Source: Candidatus Omnitrophota bacterium (GTDB lineage: Bacteria > Omnitrophota > Gorgyraeia > Zapsychrales > Zapsychraceae). Taken from it: 64,000 nucleotides of DNA. A program made the position numbers and the translations under genes. The notes below the pieces were generated by a model. That model was given only the letters and a program-made list of their open reading frames with translations, was not told where the DNA came from and did not search any database. Numbering within the stretch: the stretch's first letter is position 1; every line of letters begins with the position of its first letter. The stretch covers positions 40,506 through 104,505 of the forward strand of contig JADFYJ010000008.1 in assembly GCA_015233115.1 (NCBI GenBank), given 5' to 3'. This document shows, piece after piece, positions 37,342 to 48,210 of this stretch.

Positions 37342-38049
37342 ATGCAGCGCAATGACGGACGCATATTTGACCAATTACGTAATATTCGGGTGACCAAAGA
37401 TTACATTAAATATCCGGACGGTTCATGTTTGATAGAATTCGGCGACACCAAAGTTATTTGCACAGCTGTGGTTGAAAAAGAAGTGCCGCCTTTTTTAAAA
37501 GGGACAAATACCGGGTGGGTAACAGCTGAATATGCTATGCTTCCTGCTTCGTGTAACCAGCGCGTTAAACGGGCCATATCCGGAAGGACTCAGGAAATTC
37601 AGCGGTTGGTGGGCCGTTCCTTGCGCAGTGTGGTGGCCATGGACAAGCTGGGTGAGCTCACGATTAAAATTGATTGTGATGTGATTCAGGCCGACGGGGG
37701 AACCCGCACCGCGTCTATTACTGGCGGTTTTGTCGCTTTAATGCTGGCTTGCCGGAAATTACGGGCACAAGGGGTCATTAAAGAAGATCCGATTAAAGAT
37801 TATGTGGCGGCGGTGAGCGCGGGTATATACAAAGGACATCTGATTTTGGATTTGAATTATGAGGAAGATTCAAATGCGCAAATGGATATGAATGTGGTCA
37901 TGGTTGGTCAAGGAAACTTAGTTGAAGTGCAAGGCACAGCTGAAGACGGCACTTTCTCGCGGGAACAAATGAATGACCTGTTAGATTTAGCCGGAGACGG
38001 TATCCGGCAATTGGTCGAAGTCCAAAAAAAAGCTCTTGGGGATATATAA
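37342..38049 (+). CDS. rph: Ribonuclease PH
   Basis: [44 protein letters not shown] motifs. Confidence 0.97.
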   Translation: MQRNDGRIFDQLRNIRVTKDYIKYPDGSCLIEFGDTKVICTAVVEKEVPPFLKGTNTGWVTAEYAMLPASCNQRVKRAISGRTQEIQRLVGRSLRSVVAMDKLGELTIKIDCDVIQADGGTRTASITGGFVALMLACRKLRAQGVIKEDPIKDYVAAVSAGIYKGHLILDLNYEEDSNAQMDMNVVMVGQGNLVEVQGTAEDGTFSREQMNDLLDLAGDGIRQLVEVQKKALGDI

Positions 38050-38057
38050 ATCCAAGA

Positions 38058-38082
38058 GTAGGGGCGATCTCCTGATCGCCCG
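38058..38082 (+). repeat. GTAG-type REP copy
   Basis: gtaggggcgatctcctgatcgcccg. Confidence 0.85.
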
Positions 38083-38105
38083 AATAAAATATTTTGGAGA
38101 TTTTT

Positions 38106-38711
38106 ATGTTTGAATTAGTCGTCGCGACAAAGAATAAGGGAAAATTACGGGAGATCAAAGAGCTTCTCGCGGGTCTGCCGTTTACGATTACGTCATTGGA
38201 AGATTATCCAGACGCGCCGGAGATTGTTGAAGACGGAAAATCATTTGCGGAGAATGCTTTGATCAAAGCGTGGGTTATTGCGCAATATACGGAAAAATTA
38301 ACTATGGGTGAAGATTCGGGAATCGAAGTGAAGGCCTTGAATAATCAGCCGGGCATTTATTCCGCGCGGTTTTCTGATCCCAACGCGACGGATAGAAAAA
38401 ATAATCTAAAAATGCTGCGTCTGCTCAAACATGTTCCCTTAAAAGAACGTCAGGCGTGTTATCGGTGTTTTATCTCTGTTGTCGACGGAGAAAGAATGGT
38501 CGCGGCCGTGAATGGCCAATGCCGGGGATTAATCGCGGTTAATCCGAAGGGTAAAAATGGTTTTGGGTATGACCCGCTTTTTTTAATTCCTCGTTATCAT
38601 AAAACTTTTGGTGAGCTTGATCCTAAAATAAAAGCCAAAATCAGCCACCGGGCTCACGCGTTAAAGAAACTTAAAAAATTTCTTGGAGAATGGTACCTAA
38701 ACCGTTCTTGA
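38106..38711 (+). CDS. rdgB: dITP/XTP pyrophosphatase
   Basis: AT.NKGK..E, DSG, PGIYSAR, GFGYDP, KISHR motifs. Confidence 0.96.
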   Translation: MFELVVATKNKGKLREIKELLAGLPFTITSLEDYPDAPEIVEDGKSFAENALIKAWVIAQYTEKLTMGEDSGIEVKALNNQPGIYSARFSDPNATDRKNNLKMLRLLKHVPLKERQACYRCFISVVDGERMVAAVNGQCRGLIAVNPKGKNGFGYDPLFLIPRYHKTFGELDPKIKAKISHRAHALKKLKKFLGEWYLNRS

Positions 38712-41700
38712 TCGCGTCGGCTGTGCCTTTAATGGTTTTCGACGCGGAAATGGTTGGCGTAAATTGCGGATGGGCTAATGTTCCAGCCACTTTAATGTTC
38801 AAAATATGTTTAAAGGTCTGGCCTGCGTTGGGATTGTCGCCGTAGGGAGTCATATTATCTAAAATCGCGTGATATTCCGGGTACAGCATGAAATTTAATT
38901 TTTGATCAAAATTCATCTTTCCCACAGCTTTTATCGATACTCGTTCTCCGTACAACATGGTGTCTTTCGTGATCATTCCCCCGTCCCTCATCACAAAGTT
39001 TCCATTGGCATTCGTAAAATATGATTGATCAATTTCTGGGATAAATTGTCCTAAAAGTCCGTCGGATATTTTAAAAAAGCCTGTTCCTTTCGCCGCATCC
39101 AGTTGAGAAAGCGGCAAAGTCGTAAGATCTACGAAGGCGTTTAATGTTCCGGATAAAAATTTGAATTTTGTTTCCTGACTTTTGTTGTAGGTTTCCAGAT
39201 CCATATTACTTATGCCTAGCTGAACTTTGGCTGGCAAATCATCAGTCCTTAAGTCTGCGGTACCTTTAACTGATAATTGCCCGTCGTAAATTGTTCCGGT
39301 AAGATCGAATTTGTTGATGTTGCGTTCCCGTTGTTCATAGCGCAGGGCTAAATTTTCAAACGGGTGGGTATTGAGCCATAGTTTGGACGAGGAACAGTTC
39401 AAAACCAGCTGCCAATTTCTCCAATCATTAAGTTTTCCCCGGTAAAGACCGTCTCCTTTGATCATGCCTTTAATGTCGATGGGAAGAGGCTTAAGACTGT
39501 ACGCGTCAGTAAATTTTTTCAAATCCGTGGTATTAAGATTAAAGTCCATCCGCACATCAATATCCGGAGCGGCGTGCGGCGTAAAATGGACATCGCCCTG
39601 CATGAAAAGCGAGCTGTTAAACCAGTGGCCTCGGAATTGGGCGAATTGAAAAGCGCTGTGCAAAATTTTAAGTTCTGTGTCAATATTAAGGTCTTGGGAG
39701 CGGATACTGGTGGTCAGGGTAGGTCGGGAAAATTTGACCACTTTTCCATCTAAGGCATACCAATGGTTGAGGTAAGTCCCTTTTAAATTATCCCAAGAGA
39801 GCAAGTCCTTGGAAAAAGCGATCCGGCCGGACAGTTCAGAAATAGGAGCAGGGATATGGGGGCTGGATACTTTAACATTATCTAAAACAAATTTAAAACT
39901 GAGTTGGTCTGGGTCAATTTGGTTTAAGGCGCCGTTATAAGCGATTTGCAAGCCGGAATGGCCGCTCAGTTTGCTGATAAATGGGGACAGTGTTTTATTT
40001 AAGAACGGAGTATCGGTTAAGTCTTCAAAATTAATATCTTCCGACGTGATGGTGAGATTGGCGCAGGGTTCATTAAAACCATTGATCTCGCCTTTAATAA
40101 CCGCGTTGGTGTTTAAAGTATTGAATTTCAAATTGTCGCTGGAAAGGCTGTCTGCCGTAAAATTGATTTTGCCGCTTAATCCGGTGACATGATCGATATA
40201 GGGGACGTTTAAAATTTTTCCGTGTTTAAATTCAATAGCGCCGGAATAATCCAGAGTTTTGCCTTTTTTGCTGGCGTTAAACGCTAAAAATATTTCATCC
40301 GATAAAGTCATGTTGTTATTTAATTTAATATTCATGCTTTTGCCGGACAGCTGGGAGTCAATCGCGATGCCATTAGGCGAGGATAAAAAGTGAAAATTGT
40401 CTGTCGTCATATCTCCGCCAGCCTGAAACAGTCCTTTGAACAAAGCATTTTTAATGGAGAGCTTCAGATCCGTGTTCAGTTCAGTCTGATTATTTTTTAA
40501 ATTAAATGTCGCGTAATCAGCTTTGAGTGAGGTATGGATAATCTTATCCATGGTCATTTTAATAAAAGAATTTTCTGATGACAAATCTCCGGTCACCACA
40601 ATGCCTTGCGGGATAGAGGTGATGACATAGGACTGTGAGCGCAGATCCGTCTGTAAAAATTGATTGCCTTCCACCCGGCAGGAAATGTTGTTGAAGCTCA
40701 GATCTCCTTTGATATTAACGTTAGGGCCTTTGAATTCGCCGGAGTTGATGTTGATTCTGCCGCTTAAGTTCACGTCATTTTGCGCGTCTAAGATGATATA
40801 AAGTGAATCAAACGTGAGCGCGCCATCTGTCTTGATAATATTTTTTCCGAGCGCTAATGAAAATTTTTCCAGCTTAATGCTTCCGGAAATATTTTTATTT
40901 TCAGAGAGCTGTAAGTCGAGATTTTTGAGCGCGGCATTGCCTTTAAGCAAAAAAATATTATTCTGAAATGTTAATTCCGCGTCAGCGGAATCAATGGTTC
41001 CGTCTCTGAATTTTAAAGGAGTAGAATTGTGTACCATGGCCAGATATTGCGCTAAGGGTAAATTTTCCGCGTGGACCCAGGAAAATAACAAGTGGTCTTT
41101 TAAACCATAGGTTCCGTTTAGTTTCAATTGACTGTCATGTTTAGCGTCATTGATATTGGCGGTAAAATGTATTTTCCGATCAATTCCAATGTTCGACATA
41201 AGATCAATTCTGTCAATTTTTTGCGTCAAGATTGGATCTAGGGATTGGTCTTGATAGATGACCGATCCGTTTTTAATACGGACTTTCCGTATAAAAAAAG
41301 AAAAACGCTGCTGCGGCAAATGGGCGTTGAACGCCTGATCTATGAAATTGGCCAGATTGGTTTGTCCAGAAGCGGTTTTGATAATCAGGATATCCGGGTG
41401 CTTAATTAATAAAGACGGCACCACAATGGTCTGGCCTTTGATAAATGGAAGAAAGAGGACATTAAAGGAAATTTCATCGGCTTTGAAAAGATGAGTTTTT
41501 CGGCTATTATCATTAAAAACCGTAAGGTCTTTGATGATCAAGCCGTCGATCAAGCGGAAAGAAATGCCGCTGATCGTGACTGGCTTATGCAAGGTGTTTT
41601 CAATTTTTTGGGCGAGAAAATTTTTGAGCCGGACGGGAATAAGGACGTTTTGGATATAAAAGAATCCTAAAATTCCTAAAGCGATGCCAGCGATCAACCA

Positions 41701-41730
41701 AATATATATAACCTTGCGGTTTGTTTCCAT
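38671..41730 (-). CDS. AsmA-like (DUF748 / AsmA C-terminal) periplasm-spanning protein
   Basis: Single N-terminal TM, long beta-rich body, C-terminal V.GTL..P; about 1020 aa. Confidence 0.7.
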   Translation of the reverse strand: METNRKVIYIWLIAGIALGILGFFYIQNVLIPVRLKNFLAQKIENTLHKPVTISGISFRLIDGLIIKDLTVFNDNSRKTHLFKADEISFNVLFLPFIKGQTIVVPSLLIKHPDILIIKTASGQTNLANFIDQAFNAHLPQQRFSFFIRKVRIKNGSVIYQDQSLDPILTQKIDRIDLMSNIGIDRKIHFTANINDAKHDSQLKLNGTYGLKDHLLFSWVHAENLPLAQYLAMVHNSTPLKFRDGTIDSADAELTFQNNIFLLKGNAALKNLDLQLSENKNISGSIKLEKFSLALGKNIIKTDGALTFDSLYIILDAQNDVNLSGRININSGEFKGPNVNIKGDLSFNNISCRVEGNQFLQTDLRSQSYVITSIPQGIVVTGDLSSENSFIKMTMDKIIHTSLKADYATFNLKNNQTELNTDLKLSIKNALFKGLFQAGGDMTTDNFHFLSSPNGIAIDSQLSGKSMNIKLNNNMTLSDEIFLAFNASKKGKTLDYSGAIEFKHGKILNVPYIDHVTGLSGKINFTADSLSSDNLKFNTLNTNAVIKGEINGFNEPCANLTITSEDINFEDLTDTPFLNKTLSPFISKLSGHSGLQIAYNGALNQIDPDQLSFKFVLDNVKVSSPHIPAPISELSGRIAFSKDLLSWDNLKGTYLNHWYALDGKVVKFSRPTLTTSIRSQDLNIDTELKILHSAFQFAQFRGHWFNSSLFMQGDVHFTPHAAPDIDVRMDFNLNTTDLKKFTDAYSLKPLPIDIKGMIKGDGLYRGKLNDWRNWQLVLNCSSSKLWLNTHPFENLALRYEQRERNINKFDLTGTIYDGQLSVKGTADLRTDDLPAKVQLGISNMDLETYNKSQETKFKFLSGTLNAFVDLTTLPLSQLDAAKGTGFFKISDGLLGQFIPEIDQSYFTNANGNFVMRDGGMITKDTMLYGERVSIKAVGKMNFDQKLNFMLYPEYHAILDNMTPYGDNPNAGQTFKHILNIKVAGTLAHPQFTPTISASKTIKGTADAIKNGLGTILQEIF

Positions 41731-44352
41731 TTAAAATTTCTTATTATAAAATGCCCGGACGATATGTTCCGTATCGATCACCGGCATTGTCCCGCCATAC
41801 GGGTCAAACGCGATAGTGTTAAGTTCTTGTGACGGCCCAACTCCATATTGTAGCACTAAACTTGAATCTTTACTGATAAGATATTTTGCTTCAGCGGAAA
41901 AACAGTTATGATGGTCATAATTTAATAGCCCTCGAGTCAAGTCGGAAAGATTATACCAGCGCGACCACACGTATTTGGCGTTTAATCCGAACCTTTCTGT
42001 TGGGAAATAAGAGACTTCGAACCCGATATGGTTCATGTTCGCGTCAATAGGACCGGCAAACTTATTTGGATTTAACGTGTAGTCAATATTAATGTCCCAT
42101 TGTTTTGACGGAATTAATTCCAGGCCAGTCCGGAAAATATTGTGATAAGCATACTTGGGTTGTGGGAATATGCCTTGGTTATAAAGAAACGGAACGATTT
42201 GATTTAATTGGCCGTCCGTCGGATTCGTGTAAAAATCGTTGAATAAAGTGCGGGGGAAATTATCCGCGCCCGAGGTAAAATCATTGGTGTATTCCCAGAC
42301 AGCGTGAGCTTTGATCTGCTCGATAAACGCGTATTGGGCTCCAGCCGAAACTGTGCGAACCGAAGGATCTTCCCCGGCTCTAATGGAATCATTTCTTAAA
42401 TATGCCCCGGTATCCGGATCAGTGATGAAGGGATCTATGCCTAATTTGGTTTTAGGCATATCCTGATTGAGTCCCATAATTTTCAAGGTCAGTTTAGGCG
42501 TTGGCGTGATCTCCAGTTGTCCGCGGGACAGGGTTTGAGCGTATTTCCCACTCGACGTATGGATACTCCGTATATCAGCCAAAGCCAATGTGTGAATATC
42601 CGCTAAATTGATTTCTCCGTTAACTCCGACCACATTCCGGCCGTAATCAATGCCGTCTCCAACCGCAAACGGCGTGATGTCATACATGCTCAGAGAAGGA
42701 TCGCCGCTGGCAAAAAATTTATTTTTCGAATCACCAAAATGGAGGTGCCTGCTCCAGAATTGGTCAACCCGGGTATTACGGTAATTAGATAATGAATCTT
42801 CATATTTGGTGTCCATGCGCACAGCGTAAACTTTAGCTAAGCGGTAATTCGTGGTTTTCTGGGCATCTCCAGTCGGGCGCATCCCGTTGTAATCTGTATT
42901 GAGGATGTTGCTTTGTGGGACGGACGTGTAAGATAATCCGGCATAATACGCGTTTCCTTGTTTTCTTTGGATAAAGTCGCTGTAAGATTTATTGTATACA
43001 CTTTTGGAATAGCTGACTTCAGCGTCCGCTTTTAAATTATCCCCCAAGGCATATCCTGCGTCAAATCCGTTCACCGCGTTGTAAGCATCCATCTCGTGCC
43101 TATCTGTAAAACCCAAATGCATGTTAGCAATATCCCCTACGTAAAAGTTATCCGTTAAGAAGCTTTTTACGCGTAAACTTCCAGGTATGGCATTAAAATC
43201 GCCATAATCTTGCCAGAGCGTTTTAGGTGTGGCAAACATTCCGGTAAGCGTCGTATTTTCAAGGGGTTTGGAATCAAAAGAAAATCCCCGCAGTCCGGTT
43301 AAATGCGTCGCGTTATCGTCGCGGGTCAAGTAGGCGAGAGAATTATCCCATTTTCCGGGATTATAAGAATCATAGCCGAATCCAGATATGTGGTGGCCGG
43401 CTTGCCAGGAGTTCAGCCAGGGGCTGTTTTCCCAATAAATCCGGTGCCCGGATAATTGCAAAGGATCATCGCTAGTTTTGACTTGGTCTTCCAGCGCCAG
43501 AGGAAATACCCGCAATTTAAAATTATCAGAAGGTTTCACATCAAACCACAATTCGCGGACCGGCTGGAAGGTGGTATGGATTTTAACGTCGGGAATATAA
43601 AGTGTTAAAGGAAATGGCTGCCAATTGGTCAGGACTGTGGTGGCCTGGACTTTATTGCCGTGGACTTTGAATTCCGGCAAATGGAAAGAATCGCCAAATT
43701 TTTGGGTTAAATAATTCTGGTTGACTGTATAGTGGCTGTTTGACCAATACAACAGCTGAATTTCCGCGGACTCGGTTTTGATATCATTTTGGATATTAAT
43801 CCGGTCAGATTTTCCCGTATAGCTCCAGGGGTCGATTGAAATATTGGTGTGGAATGAAAAAGGATTGCCTTCTTTTGCTCCGTCAATAATAAATTGCAAT
43901 CTGTCGTATATTTCTGGGTCATAAGTATTGACCCGGTTATTGAGGCCGTTAGACGAAAGTTCCCGCCAGCTTTTTTCATAAAGATCGTAATTGGCTTTCT
44001 GCAAAATTACTTCATCGCTTTTGATGCCCACAGCTAAACGTATATTCCCTTTGACCTTGATATAACTTTCGTTTTTGCTTCTTCCCTGATCAGGATTCAA
44101 CATTTTGTTGAGGTCGGGTTTTGCGTCGGGCGCCTGTCCCATGGCGTCATTGTAACTAAACCCCGGAGCTTGACGAGAGGTATTTTCCAGCACTTCAGTC
44201 GCATGATCCATTTCCTGATTAATGACATCCGTGCGATTTTTGGATTCATCCCCGGCTAACGCTCCCCATGCCTGGGCGCCTGCGCCTAAGTAAAAATTAA
44301 ATAAACAAATAAGAAATAGAAACCCGACAAATTTTGTATGCCGCATATCCAA
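41731..44352 (-). CDS. Large hypothetical exported protein, probable outer-membrane beta-barrel
   Basis: Signal peptide, amphipathic strands, terminal YNKKF; AGGAG RBS before TTG. Confidence 0.65.
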   Translation of the reverse strand: MDMRHTKFVGFLFLICLFNFYLGAGAQAWGALAGDESKNRTDVINQEMDHATEVLENTSRQAPGFSYNDAMGQAPDAKPDLNKMLNPDQGRSKNESYIKVKGNIRLAVGIKSDEVILQKANYDLYEKSWRELSSNGLNNRVNTYDPEIYDRLQFIIDGAKEGNPFSFHTNISIDPWSYTGKSDRINIQNDIKTESAEIQLLYWSNSHYTVNQNYLTQKFGDSFHLPEFKVHGNKVQATTVLTNWQPFPLTLYIPDVKIHTTFQPVRELWFDVKPSDNFKLRVFPLALEDQVKTSDDPLQLSGHRIYWENSPWLNSWQAGHHISGFGYDSYNPGKWDNSLAYLTRDDNATHLTGLRGFSFDSKPLENTTLTGMFATPKTLWQDYGDFNAIPGSLRVKSFLTDNFYVGDIANMHLGFTDRHEMDAYNAVNGFDAGYALGDNLKADAEVSYSKSVYNKSYSDFIQRKQGNAYYAGLSYTSVPQSNILNTDYNGMRPTGDAQKTTNYRLAKVYAVRMDTKYEDSLSNYRNTRVDQFWSRHLHFGDSKNKFFASGDPSLSMYDITPFAVGDGIDYGRNVVGVNGEINLADIHTLALADIRSIHTSSGKYAQTLSRGQLEITPTPKLTLKIMGLNQDMPKTKLGIDPFITDPDTGAYLRNDSIRAGEDPSVRTVSAGAQYAFIEQIKAHAVWEYTNDFTSGADNFPRTLFNDFYTNPTDGQLNQIVPFLYNQGIFPQPKYAYHNIFRTGLELIPSKQWDINIDYTLNPNKFAGPIDANMNHIGFEVSYFPTERFGLNAKYVWSRWYNLSDLTRGLLNYDHHNCFSAEAKYLISKDSSLVLQYGVGPSQELNTIAFDPYGGTMPVIDTEHIVRAFYNKKF

Positions 44353-44375
44353 TTTTCTCCTGTAAAGTTTTTATG

Positions 44376-44468
44376 GGTGTCTGATCTCAACTGAGATTTG
44401 GGGCCTAATATTTAACTGGCGAATTTATTTAAGTTCAAAAAAGCTGTTTCTGGTTGAGATCTGATACC
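44376..44468. repeat. Inverted repeat pair between divergent genes
   Basis: ggtgtctgatctcaac ... gttgagatctgatacc. Confidence 0.65.
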
Positions 44469-44627
44469 TTTTTCATAATGATATCAAAAACTAAGTAATG
44501 CAAGAAAAAATTTTGTTTTAAAATTTTGTTTAAAAATTAAATTTATAATGTAATAATAAAAATCATCAATGCTTATTGGAGAACGGTTTTTGAAAAAAGC
44601 AAATGAACGGAAAGGACCCATCCAACT

Positions 44628-46538
44628 ATGAATTATTGGCAATTTGGAATGTTGTTTTTATTAATTCCTTCCATATTCATTATGGGAAATCTGGCCTATG
44701 TTTTTATTCGTGATGAAGAATTTTTTCCGCTCAATCGGAGTGTTTATTTAGGCGAAACGCTTCTGTTGGGAAGCACGTTATTTTATGGGGCATTCTTGCT
44801 GTTATCCATGTTCGGATTATATACAAAATATTTTCTTTGGGGAACCGTATTTTTAGGATATTCCGGTTTGTTTTATTCGCCTATCAGAAAAGCGATATCG
44901 CGTTTTTTCAACGTAGGATTCCCCCGTCATATCGCATGCTATGGCTTCTTAAGCCTGCTGCTGTTTTTTATCTTTCGCAATTGCTATTTTTTATTGGACG
45001 TAGATTCTCATACGACCTACTTGTTAACTCAAAAAATCTGGCTTTTGTATAAGACGAGTATTCTTAACATGGATTTTCTGGATGTCCGAAATTATATCCC
45101 GCAGTTTGACAGTATTTTCTATAGTTTGAGCATTCCTTTTTTTCCGACCGAAACATTATTCCCCCAAATGATCAATACTTTTTATCGGGTGATTGCTGTG
45201 TTACTGGTTTATGGATATACGGCCTACCGGTTTAACGCCTGGTACGGATTAGCGGCGGCGATGTTTCTTCTTTTTAATCTTCATTTTTATGTTTCCGGAG
45301 CTAACCATTGGGTGCTGATGAACGGAGCGATTATCGCTTTATTTTTTGGCGCGGCTTACAATTTTTATGAGAGTCGGCGGAATATTTTGTCCGACAGATT
45401 TTTGTTAGGTTTAATTTTTTTAAGTCAACTACCCAGCAATAAATATCAAAGTTTTTATATATTCTTTTTTCTGCTGGCCGTAGGCATGTTCATTCAGCCT
45501 GATTTGAAAAATCAGATCATAAAAATAATTTCCAATAAGAAAAAATTATTTTTGGGAATATTTTTTGTGGGAATCAGTCTATTACATTATATAAAAAATT
45601 GGATTGCCGTTGGACTCCCTTGTTTTCCGGTTTTGGCGGGAACACTTCATGTGATGGGGCGTACTCCCGAATTCGACGCCATATTTAGAGAATTTACCCG
45701 AGGGATCACAGATAAGGAATTTGTAAAATATTTTGGCTTTTTTTTCGTTTGGCATGGAGCAAAGCCGCTCGTGGTTTTTGTCTATCTGTTCATTACGGCC
45801 CCGATCTATTTATTAGTCGCTTTTTGTAGAAAATGTGATCCGGTCAAAATGTGTGAAATAACCTATTGGTTGTGTGTTTCGCTGTTAGGTGTTTTTGGTA
45901 TATCTTTAGCGACGCATCAAGATCCCCGATATTATATTTATGTCATTGGTCCCGCGATTTTTGCGGTCATTTATATATACGATTTTATCCTTAAGGATTT
46001 ATTATGTATAAAAGATAAATTGGGTTTTATTCGGTATCTGGTCATTTTAAAAATGGCGGCTTCCAAGTGGAAAATCATGTTTTGGGTGGGAACCACTTTT
46101 TTGCTAGCCCCGATAGATTCAAATATTAAAGTATTAACGAATAAGCTACATACTATGGATGTTATTGATCAATACTTTCCGATGCAAACCATGGTCATGC
46201 AGGCGTCTAAAAATGAACCGGATAAGTATAATAAATCGGCATGGTTTTATGATCAAGCCACGGGTTATTCTCCATTTCTGCTTCCTTTGCGCCCGGCTAT
46301 TTCTGTGTGGTGGACATCCACAGTTAAATGGAATTCTTTTGACAAAGAAGATCTGATTATTAAGGACCTGCGTGATCGCGGAATTCAATGGGTGGTCAAT
46401 CCTGTTGAAAAGGCAGAGACATTTGAAACCATAGAAAAATTCGCTTCGCAAGCGACGCATATTGATCGGCGTCCTTTGAAGACGCAAATGGATTATGGTT
46501 TTCCTCCTGAATTAACAACAGTGAAATACGCAAAATAA
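44628..46538 (+). CDS. Polytopic membrane protein, GT-C-like
   Basis: About 12 TM segments, DSH..YL, PRY motifs; adjacent to sugar genes. Confidence 0.6.
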   Translation: MNYWQFGMLFLLIPSIFIMGNLAYVFIRDEEFFPLNRSVYLGETLLLGSTLFYGAFLLLSMFGLYTKYFLWGTVFLGYSGLFYSPIRKAISRFFNVGFPRHIACYGFLSLLLFFIFRNCYFLLDVDSHTTYLLTQKIWLLYKTSILNMDFLDVRNYIPQFDSIFYSLSIPFFPTETLFPQMINTFYRVIAVLLVYGYTAYRFNAWYGLAAAMFLLFNLHFYVSGANHWVLMNGAIIALFFGAAYNFYESRRNILSDRFLLGLIFLSQLPSNKYQSFYIFFFLLAVGMFIQPDLKNQIIKIISNKKKLFLGIFFVGISLLHYIKNWIAVGLPCFPVLAGTLHVMGRTPEFDAIFREFTRGITDKEFVKYFGFFFVWHGAKPLVVFVYLFITAPIYLLVAFCRKCDPVKMCEITYWLCVSLLGVFGISLATHQDPRYYIYVIGPAIFAVIYIYDFILKDLLCIKDKLGFIRYLVILKMAASKWKIMFWVGTTFLLAPIDSNIKVLTNKLHTMDVIDQYFPMQTMVMQASKNEPDKYNKSAWFYDQATGYSPFLLPLRPAISVWWTSTVKWNSFDKEDLIIKDLRDRGIQWVVNPVEKAETFETIEKFASQATHIDRRPLKTQMDYGFPPELTTVKYAK

Positions 46539-46552
46539 AACAGGCTTATTTT

Positions 46553-48205
46553 TTACGGAGGAGTTAATAAATCTTTTTTGACTAATACCTGTTTTGTGTT
46601 TTTTGAAAGGGAAGAGGTTTTTTCTAAGGTGTAGGCCGTATATCCGAATTTCTCGGGGTTGGAGATGAAATCGAAAAATTGTTTATCATTTTTGAATCTT
46701 GAGTCCAGCGTCAACGGTTCAGAAACCACGACCATATTGATAGACAAACGTTTCATAAATGGAAAAAATTCTTCATTATTTTCTTTCGCGTATTCAGGAT
46801 AATCCACGTAATTATCAGATAAGTAAAAATTTAAACCACCCTCGGCTTCCAATAAATTAACCGGTTTATTGATTTTTAGCGCGTCGATGAAATGGATGGT
46901 GCTTTCGGTCGGTTTCTCAAGGGTTTTTGTTTTGTTATAAAAGAAAAAACTGCTGGGAGTCACGCAAAAAAGAGCCGCGCTTATAATCAAGGCGGTTTTT
47001 TTAGACGGCAGGGCATCACTGATATGGGATGGTTTTAAAAGTATCCCTAAAGCTATCAGGAGCATGATGCCGGTAAACAAAAGATAATGGGTCCGTGGAT
47101 AAATAATGAGAATGGATATAAAAGAGGTGAATAAATAAGCGGCTATAAAAAGGAGCGGCCGCGTGTTCTGGTGAAAATTATTTTTAAGCGGAATGAGTTT
47201 TTTGTTGAATAAGAAAATTAAATAACCAAAAAGGGTGGTTATTAATATATAGGCTTCCGCGTTGGTGTTAACAGTCGGTGGTAAAATGATATTGGCATGC
47301 ACCATAAAACTTTTGAATATTTGTTTGAAGGTGTGGGGAATGTTAGCTAAAACGTGTTTAATAAATAATCCTGGATTGTAAAGAAAGGCTTCTTTTATGT
47401 TGTGGGCTGTCCCAAAGTTTTTTTGTATGATTTCATACCAATTGGTCCAGGGGTTTAAATTAGAGTGAGTCCAGTGTACCCAATTTAATGAAAAGTGCTG
47501 ACCAAAAGCGCAGAAACTGCGGTCTTCACTAGAGAAGTGAAACGGGACGCCTCGACATAGTTTTATCATGACCAGGGAAAAAATAATAACAGCGAATAAG
47601 ATCAAATAATCTTTGAGTTGATGCGTCTTTATTTGTACCGCGAAAATTGTGATATAGAAGGTTAGTAAAATCAAAAAGGAAAGAAAGAGTTCCGGACGGA
47701 TATACGCGCCTAAAAGAGCGCCGGTTACGGCAATCGCGAGGCTGGAGGTGAATTTTTTAGGAATGACAGCTAAGCCTAAAGACAAGAGCACGATGATTGT
47801 GCCAAAGTGATAAATTTTAGTATAAACATCAAGATTAACCTGCGCGATCAAAATAAAAAACGCCATCAGGGCGGCAGGCAGAAGTGCGATTTTATAAATT
47901 CTGGATATTCCGTAAACGGCAAGCGGGAGGAGAATAGTTAAAATTTGCTGGTTGAAATAGTATAACGCCATCCGGTTTTTTATGAACAGCGAAAGCACGC
48001 AATACCACGCGGAATATAATGGCCCGGCTTGTGGTCCCGCTGCTCCCGTTTTTAACATTGCCAATCCGTTGACCAAATATCCCGCCTCATCACACATTCC
48101 CAGGTCCATCATGCGATTCATGCCAAAGGTGAATTTTAAACCGCATAAGATTAAAGCCGCGAATATAAAAAGATCACTGTTACGAGCTGATAATTTTTTA
48201 AACAT
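46553..48205 (-). CDS. Polytopic membrane protein, GT-C-like
   Basis: DEAGYL, GPLY, RPE motifs; many TM segments; last gene of the sugar operon. Confidence 0.65.
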   Translation of the reverse strand: MFKKLSARNSDLFIFAALILCGLKFTFGMNRMMDLGMCDEAGYLVNGLAMLKTGAAGPQAGPLYSAWYCVLSLFIKNRMALYYFNQQILTILLPLAVYGISRIYKIALLPAALMAFFILIAQVNLDVYTKIYHFGTIIVLLSLGLAVIPKKFTSSLAIAVTGALLGAYIRPELFLSFLILLTFYITIFAVQIKTHQLKDYLILFAVIIFSLVMIKLCRGVPFHFSSEDRSFCAFGQHFSLNWVHWTHSNLNPWTNWYEIIQKNFGTAHNIKEAFLYNPGLFIKHVLANIPHTFKQIFKSFMVHANIILPPTVNTNAEAYILITTLFGYLIFLFNKKLIPLKNNFHQNTRPLLFIAAYLFTSFISILIIYPRTHYLLFTGIMLLIALGILLKPSHISDALPSKKTALIISAALFCVTPSSFFFYNKTKTLEKPTESTIHFIDALKINKPVNLLEAEGGLNFYLSDNYVDYPEYAKENNEEFFPFMKRLSINMVVVSEPLTLDSRFKNDKQFFDFISNPEKFGYTAYTLEKTSSLSKNTKQVLVKKDLLTPP

Positions 48206-48210
48206 GTGAT

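Noticed and set aside
38671-38711. Convergent 3' overlaps (41 bp here, 42 bp at 15328-15369) as antisense regulation
   Set aside because: Short tail-to-tail overlaps are common in compact genomes, and nothing else supports a function.
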